A stretch of DNA of 64,000 nucleotides, taken from an uncultured Gammaproteobacteria bacterium (GTDB lineage Bacteria; Pseudomonadota; Gammaproteobacteria; UBA9214). The stretch spans positions 1-64,000 of the forward strand of contig CAVYZN010000006.1 of assembly GCA_963773065.1 (NCBI GenBank), in the 5' to 3' direction. The first letter of the stretch is position 1. Each line of letters starts with the position of its first letter. Under the pieces are notes generated by a model. That model was not told the DNA's origin and did no database searches. It saw only the letters and a program-made list of their open reading frames with translations. The translations under genes were made by a program, and so were the position numbers. Of the stretch, positions 56,878-64,000 are shown one piece after another.

Positions 56878-58337
56878 TGTTGATTTTCTCGCACGCCAAA
56901 ACGACAAAGATTGATTGAGGCCATAAGCAAACCCGCAAACAGCCAAGCGTAGCCGCAGATTGTGCCATGACCCGAAATCTGCCCGTAAAAGATCACTACA
57001 CCCACATAGCCAAATAACAATACAGGCATGGGGTTACCAGAACGCCGGGCCGCCCACAGTGACTTCGTTCCCAGCACAATCGTCAGCATCACCCGAAACA
57101 ATATAAATAACACGGCAAGCATGGGGCCCATGTCGACAAAATGCCTCGACCAGTCTGTTTCGGCAAGACGAAGCGGTATCGTGCCTGCGACAGTAACGCC
57201 CAATATGGTACCCGCATTGCCTGCTAAACCCATGCCATAACCGAAGAGTGGTACCTGTCCGACAAGACGGAGAAAATCATATACCTCATAGAGCGCACGA
57301 CCGAAGACACCGAAGTGCCCAAACATGCGACTTTCGGATGCAACGCCTTCAAACCACCGTGCTATAAATGCAGCGAATGCCTCTGGATATACCACGGGAT
57401 ATAAGGTCACCACACATATAACAAGCAATATAGGCAGCACTATCGCCCGGCGGGAAACCCTCCCTCTCAATACTACCCCAGCAACCAAACAGCTTAGAAC
57501 AACAATACCCGAATGGATAAACATCCCGCGGTTAATACTAAAGGCCAGGCAAGTTAGGGTCGCAACCGCACCAAAAGCAAGCATGATATTTGAAATAGGT
57601 CTCTGTTTAGCCGGAACAAGCCAGAGAACCAGAGCCATGCATAAACTGCTAGCAACTAGATGCCATGGGCCCACTGCTGCAGTGAATGTCCCATTTGGCC
57701 GAATATGCCCGAGTGAACCACGTAGTCCCCTAAATTGCAAAGACTCATCACTTGCTATACCGGCATTAATAATCGAGTCTGGCGACGAAGCGAATTGTAC
57801 TGCAATAAGAAATGCCATTGGAATGATAACAATGAGCGTCTGCCTGAATAGGCGATAGATATCTTCCCATCTAAATTGTTCCCCGATCAGGAATGCGAGT
57901 GGTATGTATAGAAAATAGTTTCTCCATCCATAGACCGCTAATAACATCATTATTCTGCCACTACTCCCCAGCAACAACTGAATAACTATCCATACAATTG
58001 CCAGCAAGGAAATCAGATATGCAAAAAGCAGCAACGGCCTCGATCTAGGCCACATTCCATTGGCTAGTGCCACAAAATATATATAGAGGACAAAGGGGTC
58101 TCTGATGAAGTACAGGTACTGGGCATATTGCGGCCACACCCATTTACGCAGTACGCCTTCGAAGATCAATAGCCAATAGACTAGAAACACGAGCCTGACG
58201 AGGCGGCGGCGAACGCGCTCTTTAGGCGAGATACCTTCTCTTGGCTTTGACGTTACAGCGAGTGTATTCGGCTTAACAGCCGATACATAACTACTTCTCT
58301 TTTGCCTTTCCAATACTGCGATGTGCTTGTTTGTCAT
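56874..58337 (-). CDS. Putative polysaccharide polymerase (Wzy-like membrane protein)
   Basis: LLIFEGVLRKW, RPNGTF, FGYGMG; 10-12 TM segments; located in the EPS cluster. Confidence 0.65.
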   Translation of the reverse strand: MTNKHIAVLERQKRSSYVSAVKPNTLAVTSKPREGISPKERVRRRLVRLVFLVYWLLIFEGVLRKWVWPQYAQYLYFIRDPFVLYIYFVALANGMWPRSRPLLLFAYLISLLAIVWIVIQLLLGSSGRIMMLLAVYGWRNYFLYIPLAFLIGEQFRWEDIYRLFRQTLIVIIPMAFLIAVQFASSPDSIINAGIASDESLQFRGLRGSLGHIRPNGTFTAAVGPWHLVASSLCMALVLWLVPAKQRPISNIMLAFGAVATLTCLAFSINRGMFIHSGIVVLSCLVAGVVLRGRVSRRAIVLPILLVICVVTLYPVVYPEAFAAFIARWFEGVASESRMFGHFGVFGRALYEVYDFLRLVGQVPLFGYGMGLAGNAGTILGVTVAGTIPLRLAETDWSRHFVDMGPMLAVLFILFRVMLTIVLGTKSLWAARRSGNPMPVLLFGYVGVVIFYGQISGHGTICGYAWLFAGLLMASINLCRFGVRENQQ

Positions 58338-58702
58338 GACTACATGCCATTCTTATTTGAATACCCGCCCATGGCACGGGTACTCAACCTGACTACTTCT
58401 AAGGTTTAAATCGAGGTGTGAAACCAATTGCATTACGCTGCACATCCGTGACAGCAGGGTACAGAGTAATCTGCCGATGAAGTAGCGACTAGTACAATGA
58501 CTAATACAATCACGACTTGATCCTGTCGATTCCTATACGTTCAGTGCCCTGATATAACTACTGAGCACACCCGAAACCGGACGCATGTCCATTGCGGAGA
58601 ACGCTTTTCGTATTGGCAAAGGGTTGCCGGGTTTTCGGCAATTTCACTTTTTCACGCTTCGTGTGCTATGCAAGTAACAAACATAACCACGTCGATGAAT
58701 CG

Positions 58703-59641
58703 CTAAGTCCAACGGGCTCCCAGTGAATCAAGCAGAGACTCCAGTCCTTTATCGATGCCAACCACTGATTCCCAACTCAATATCTCCCTGGCCAGGTCAA
58801 CTGATGATGATGAATTCCTGATGTCACCAGGGCGTTCGCTCTCATACCTTGGCTTGAATTCTGTATTGGTGATTCGGCACATGGAGGCGAGCAATCCGTT
58901 GAGTGATATTTCCCGACCCGTTGCGATATTGATAATCCTGCCAGCGGCCCTGTCTACGGTAGCGGCCTTTATATTCGCCGCCACCACATCCGATACAAAC
59001 ACGAAATCCCGGGTCTGCCCGCCATCCCCGTAGATGACCGGCTGCTCGCCCTTCTTCAGCCGGTCCGCGAAGATCGAAATGACACCGGAATACGGTGAAC
59101 CCGGATCCTGCCGCGGGCCATAGACATTGAAATAGCGCAGGCACACGGTTTCGAGTCCGTGCAGGTGAGTATACATCCGGCAGGCGTATTCCGAGGCGAG
59201 TTTGTCGACGGCGTACGGTGACAGGGGTTTGAGGGGCATATCTTCGCGTTTCGGCAGTTCCGGGAGATCGCCGTAGACCGCCGCGGAGGATGCGATTACC
59301 ACTCGCCTGGCGCCCTGCCGGCGCGCGGCCTCAAGCACATTCAATGTGCCCTGGTAGTTGGTGCGCTGGCTGCCCAGCGGGTCCTGGATGGTTTTGGGAA
59401 CCGAGGCGATGGCCGCTTCGTGGAATACGAGTTCAACGTCTTTCATTGCCTTGTTGACGACGTCGAAGCTGCCGACATCTCCGGTAATGATTTCGAGGTC
59501 GGCGGATTCAGGAAGGTTCTCCCGTTTTCCGGTGGAGTAGTCATCGAGTACGCGTACCCGGTACCCATCGGCCAGCAGGCGGTCGACGATGTGGGATCCG
59601 ATGAATCCGGCGCCGCCGGTGACCAGGGCTAATGTTTTCAT
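58703..59641 (-). CDS. NAD-dependent UDP-hexose/HexNAc 4-epimerase family protein
   Basis: [49 protein letters not shown]. Confidence 0.9.
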   Translation of the reverse strand: MKTLALVTGGAGFIGSHIVDRLLADGYRVRVLDDYSTGKRENLPESADLEIITGDVGSFDVVNKAMKDVELVFHEAAIASVPKTIQDPLGSQRTNYQGTLNVLEAARRQGARRVVIASSAAVYGDLPELPKREDMPLKPLSPYAVDKLASEYACRMYTHLHGLETVCLRYFNVYGPRQDPGSPYSGVISIFADRLKKGEQPVIYGDGGQTRDFVFVSDVVAANIKAATVDRAAGRIINIATGREISLNGLLASMCRITNTEFKPRYESERPGDIRNSSSSVDLAREILSWESVVGIDKGLESLLDSLGARWT

Positions 59642-59736
59642 ATGAGTCCGTGAGTTAGATGTTACAGACAATCAGTTTGCAATTGAGTTGGGGAGTTAAA
59701 TACTACCTTTTGGTCTTCAAAGTCACTGATTGTTAT

Positions 59737-59794
59737 CCCCTCACCCTAACCCTTTTATGCCCGTTGTCGTTTGGGTGCTCCCGGTGGGAGAGGG
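59737..59794. repeat. CCCTCACCCTAACCCT...CTCCC...GGGAGAGGG palindromic repeat with 24-nt insert
   Basis: Familiar intergenic hairpin motif interrupted by TTTATGCCCGTTGTCGTTTGGGTG. Confidence 0.6.
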
Positions 59795-59846
59795 TATATT
59801 TGGATACCGCTTTGCAGGGAGTGGTGACTATCCGGGCCGTCCGGAC

Positions 59847-61148
59847 CTACCGCCCCACGCAGGTGTAATCGAACCCAAGGCTCGTCAGGTGCGCCTTCTC
59901 GTAGACGTTGCGCAGATCGATGAAGGCGTTGCCCTGCATGAGATTCTTCAGCCGGTCAAAATCCAGACCCCGGTACTCATTCCATTCCGTCATCAGGATA
60001 ACGGCATCGGCGCCGGTTATCGCTTCATAGACGTCATTATAATAGCTGACGTCTCCGGGCAGCAGCTTCTTCGCCTCCTCCATGCCCTGCGGGTCATGGG
60101 CATGGATCACGGCTCCCTTGTCGATCAGGTTGGGAAGAATCGCGAGCACGGGTGCATCGCGCATGTCATCGGTTTCGGGCTTGAAGGTCAGGCCGAGTAC
60201 GGCAATCGTCTTGCCTGAGACGCTGCCGCCCAGCGCCTTGCGTATTTTCTTTATCATCAGCGCCTTTTGCGCCGCATTGACTTCCACCGCGGCCTCGACG
60301 ATACGGCAGGGCGTGCCATGTTCCTGGGCGATGCGAATCAGGGCGGTGGTGTCCTTGGGAAAACAGGAGCCGCCATAGCCGGGACCGGCGTGCAGGAATT
60401 TGTTGCCGATGCGTTTGTCCATCCCCATGCCCTTGGCGACCGCATGCACGTCCGCCCCGACGTTTTCGCACAGGTTGGCGATCTCGTTGATGAAGCTGAT
60501 CTTGGTGGCCAGAAAGGCATTCGATGCATACTTGATCAGTTCCGCGCTTTCCAGGTCGGTGACCATGATCGGCGCCTCGATCAGGTTGAGGGGGCGGTAG
60601 AGCTCGCGCAACAGGTTTTCGGCCCGCTCGCTTTCCACGCCCAATACCACCCGGTCGGGGCGCATGAAGTCGCCGATCGCCGCGCCCTCGCGCAGGAATT
60701 CCGGGTTGGAGGCGACATCGAAGTCGGCCGCCGGATTTTCCTTGCGAACGATGCGGGCGACATGGCGCGCGGTTCCCACCGGCACGGTGGATTTATCCAC
60801 GATGACGGTATAACCGGACAGGTGCCTCGCTATCTGCTTGGCCGCCTCATACACATACGCCAGATCCGCATAGCCGTCGCCGCGGCGCGTGGGTGTGCCG
60901 ACCGCGATAAACACCAGGTCGGCTGCTCCGACCGAATCACACGCGGTAGTGAACTTCAAGCGACCCGCCGCCACATTACGCGCCACGAGGCTTTCGAGAC
61001 CCGGCTCGTAGATGGGCATCTCGCCCGCATTCAGGCGATCGATCTTGGTTTGATCGAGATCGATGCAGTTCACATTGGCGCCGAACTCGGAAAAACAGGC
61101 GCCTGATACCAGGCCAACATAGCCGGAACCGATCATGACGACGTTCAT
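59847..61148 (-). CDS. ugd: UDP-glucose 6-dehydrogenase
   Basis: IGSGYVGL, FIAVGTP, KSTVPVGT, SNPEFLREG, GYGGSCFPKD. Confidence 0.94.
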   Translation of the reverse strand: MNVVMIGSGYVGLVSGACFSEFGANVNCIDLDQTKIDRLNAGEMPIYEPGLESLVARNVAAGRLKFTTACDSVGAADLVFIAVGTPTRRGDGYADLAYVYEAAKQIARHLSGYTVIVDKSTVPVGTARHVARIVRKENPAADFDVASNPEFLREGAAIGDFMRPDRVVLGVESERAENLLRELYRPLNLIEAPIMVTDLESAELIKYASNAFLATKISFINEIANLCENVGADVHAVAKGMGMDKRIGNKFLHAGPGYGGSCFPKDTTALIRIAQEHGTPCRIVEAAVEVNAAQKALMIKKIRKALGGSVSGKTIAVLGLTFKPETDDMRDAPVLAILPNLIDKGAVIHAHDPQGMEEAKKLLPGDVSYYNDVYEAITGADAVILMTEWNEYRGLDFDRLKNLMQGNAFIDLRNVYEKAHLTSLGFDYTCVGR

Positions 61149-61184
61149 TATTTGTTCACCTTTTCCTGCATGTTACATTTATTA

Positions 61185-61370
61185 ATGGCCACGGAAACAT
61201 CCGGAAAGTAAAAAGTGAGAAGTGAAAGTAAAGTGAAAGGTAATAGGAAAGAAGCGTGTGTGATACGGAGCATGCGCCGTATTCAACCTGCGTATCAAGC
61301 ACCCGTTCTGCTTATCACTTTTTACTTCTCACTTTTTACTTTCCGTGGGTTCCGTGGATTCCGTGGCCAT
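61185..61370. repeat. ATGGCCACGG-capped inverted heptamer element
   Basis: ATGGCCACGGAA..GTAAAAAGTGAGAAGTGAAA ... TCACTTTTTACTTCTCACTTTTTAC TTTCCGTGGGTTCCGTGGATTCCGTGGCCAT. Confidence 0.85.
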
Positions 61371-61424
61371 ACAGAGTGAGGCGATATTATTCACCGTTGC
61401 CGCCGAAATTCACAGCCCGCCATC

Positions 61425-62472
61425 TCAACCGTATTGCCGTTCGTAGTAATGGCGGTAATCGCCGCTGCGCACCCGGTCGCACCAGTCACGGTGCTTGAGA
61501 TACCAGCGGAGGGTTTGGTCGATGCCGCCGCGGAAATCATGCCGCGGCTCCCAGCCCAGTTCCCGTCTGATCTTCGCGGCGTCGATGGCATAACGCCGGT
61601 CATGGCCGGGACGGTCCTTCACGAAGGTGATCAGGTCGCGGTAGTCAGTCTGACCCGGCTGGAATTCATTCAAGCGGTCGCAGACCAGGTTGACGATATC
61701 GAGGTTGCGCCACTCGTTGCCGCCGCCGATGTTGTAGACCTCGCCCGGAACGCCCCGCTCGATCACCGCCTCGATGCCGCGGCAGTGGTCTTCGACATAC
61801 AGCCAGTCGCGCACGTTGAGGCCATCGCCGTAGACCGGGATCGGCCGGCCTTCGAGCGCATTGAGGATCACCAGCGGGATCAGCTTCTCGGGAAACTGGT
61901 ACGGCCCGTAGTTGTTGGAGCAGTTGGTGGTCAGCACCGGCAGGCCCCAGGTGTGGTGATAGGCGCGCACCAGGTGGTCGGCGGCCGCCTTGGAGGCCGA
62001 GTAGGGGCTGTTGGGCGCATAGGCGCGCGATTCCGTAAACGCCGGTTCATTTGCCGCCAGGCTGCCGTAGACCTCGTCGGTGGAAACATGCAGGAAACGC
62101 TGGCCTTGCAAGCCATCCGGCCAGGCTTCCCGGGCCGCCTCCAGCAGGGTGAACGTGCCCTGCACGTTGGTTCTTATGAAGGCCTCGGGTCCCAGGATCG
62201 AGCGGTCGACATGGGATTCGGCGGCGAAATTGACCACCGTGTCGATGGCTTCCTCGGCAAACAGCCCGGCGACGCATGCCCGGTCGGTGATGTCCCCGTG
62301 CACGAACCGGTAGCCCGGTGCCGCCTCGACGTCCGCCAGGTTCTCCGGGTTGCCGGCATAGGTCAGCGCATCCAGGTTGACGACCCGGTCATCCGGGATG
62401 CCGGGCAATCCAGTAGCGGATGAAATTGGACCCGATAAAACCGGAACCGCCGGTTACCAGCAGTCTGCGCAT
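61425..62472 (-). CDS. rfbB: dTDP-glucose 4,6-dehydratase (frameshift near 5' end)
   Basis: LDALTYAGN, FAAESHVDRSI, HVSTDEVYG, PNSPYSASKA, DRPGHDRRY. Confidence 0.95.
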
Positions 62473-63335
62473 GCCTGCAACTCCTTCAGCATCCTGTCGA
62501 GACTATCACGCCAGTGCGGGATGGGTGCCGTCAGACAGGGATCTGGATTTTACGGGTATCCAGGACGGAATAGCCGGCCGCCGGGCCGGAGTCGGGATAC
62601 CCGGATGTCGGAATGGCCTCGACGGTATTTGTTTCCAGTGTAAATCCGGCCTCGGTTGCACCGGCAATGATGGCGGTTGCAAACCCGTGCCAGGAGGTAC
62701 TGCCGGCATTGGTGTAATGATACGTGCCGCGAGCCCGGTTCTGAACCAGGGTCCTGATGGCCCCGGCGATATCACGCGCCCAGGTAGGTGAGCCGAGCTG
62801 GTCATTCACCACCCTCAGCGGCTTGCCCTCTCTGGCGACCCTGAGGATGGTTTTCACGAAATTATGGCCATGGACGCCGTACACCCAGGCGGTGCGCAGA
62901 ATGGTTGCTTCGGGCAAAGCGGTCCGAACGGCCTGTTCGCCTTCCCATTTGCTGCGCCCGTAAACGCCGAGCGGATCGGGCTTCGTCTTCTTCACGATAG
63001 GGCCGCGACTGCTTGCCATCGAACACGAAATCGGTCGAAACCTGCAGCACGTTTCCGCCATAGTCGGCGACCGCCTCGGCCAGTCGAGCGGCGCTGTCAC
63101 GGTTGATGACAAACGCCTGCTCCACCTCAGACTCCGCCCGATCCACTTGCGTGTAGGCGGCACAGTTGATGACCCAGTCCGCCTGAAAACGCCGCACCCT
63201 GTCGGCAACCTGTCCCGGGTTCAGAAAGTCCAGTTCCTGACGCACCGGCGCAATGACCTCGTGCCCTGATTGAGAGAACACCCTGAGCACCTCGAAACCG
63301 AACTGGCCGGTTGATCCGGTGACCAGTATCCGCAT
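62455..63335 (-). CDS. rfbD: dTDP-4-dehydrorhamnose reductase (frameshifted)
   Basis: ILVTGSTGQ, INCAAYTQVDRAE, STDFVFDG, YGRSKWEGE, VNDQLGSPT; 3' end approximate. Confidence 0.92.
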
Positions 63336-63906
63336 CAGTCCGCCGGGTAACGGGGAAGATGGTCATCGCTGTCCTTCAGGCGCGGATAGCGGCGATCCTT
63401 GTCAGACAGCACTATAGTCCGGCATTCGAAGCGATGCCGGCCATTCGATACCGATATCCGAGATCGTCCCAGGCAATACCGTACTCATCGCCCGGTGCAT
63501 AGAAATCGGTACATTTATACAACACATCCGCCTGCTCGCTTAACACGCAGAAGCCATGCGCGAAGCCCGGCGGGATATAGATTTGTTTCCGGTTCTCTTC
63601 CGAGAACACGACGCCGGCCCAGGCGCCGAAAAATGGCGAACCCTTGCGGATATCGACCGCCACGTCGAGCACCTCGCCGGTCACCACGCGCACCAGTTTT
63701 CCCTGCGGATGCTTGAGCTGGTAATGCAGGCCGCGCAGCACACCGCGCGCCGAACGGGAATGGTTGTCCTGGACAAAGGTTTCCGGCAGCCCCTGCGACC
63801 GGAATTTCCCGGCATGGAATGTTTCCATGAAGAAACCACGCGGATCCCGGAAGATGTCCGGCTCGATCAGCAATACTTCCGGGTGATCGGTCGCCGTCAC
63901 TTTCAT
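63335..63906 (-). CDS. rfbC: dTDP-4-dehydrorhamnose 3,5-epimerase (3' frameshift)
   Basis: [41 protein letters not shown]. Confidence 0.95.
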
Positions 63907-64000
63907 CAGGAATAATTTGTCCTGATTCAGGATATCCAGCAGATATTTGCCATAACCGCTGTTTTGCAGCGAGGCCGCGAGTTGTTCCAGCCGGGCGGCA
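63903..64000 (-). CDS. rfbA: Glucose-1-phosphate thymidylyltransferase, 3' end (partial)
   Basis: [22 protein letters not shown]-terminus directly upstream of rfbC. Confidence 0.75.

Noticed and set aside
58340-58700. Sigma54 promoter, PEP-CTERM box or ops element upstream of the EPS genes
   Set aside because: TGGCACG at ~58372 is on the wrong strand and lacks the -12 TTGC; no convincing ops match was seen. Only a small hairpin (TTGCCGGG..TTCGGCAA) is present.

Overview
GC-rich gammaproteobacterial chromosome segment. It contains, in order: a secreted PxKF-domain gene and an integrase remnant (0.4-2.4 kb); an LPS lipid A/inner-core cluster (waaA, hldD, hldE, lpxL-like, two GT9, GT4, ELM1-like, zf-CHCC, msbA; 3-14.6 kb); ilvE, glnE, groEL-groES with a CIRCE operator, fxsA, cutA and dsbD (14.8-24.5 kb); a PEP-CTERM/exosortase module (prsR, prsK, TPR lipoprotein, exosortase-EpsI) with gmd/fcl (24.7-37.6 kb); and a mosaic exopolysaccharide locus ending in ugd and rmlBDCA (37.6-64 kb). 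Many genes, including essential ones, are split by single-base indels, which is most simply explained by uncorrected long-read errors. The most striking unexplained signal is non-coding. At least eight gene junctions carry elements made of an inverted pair of heptamer arrays (GTRARRA...TYYTYAC). Several supply the neighbouring stop codon, and one brackets a four-helix-bundle (23S-IVP/Avd-like) gene between gmd and fcl. There are also two nonamer-TIR elements and a ~48-nt double-hairpin unit inserted into copies of itself at two loci. No rRNA, tRNA or CRISPR array was seen. All assignments come from motif recognition by eye; no searches were run.
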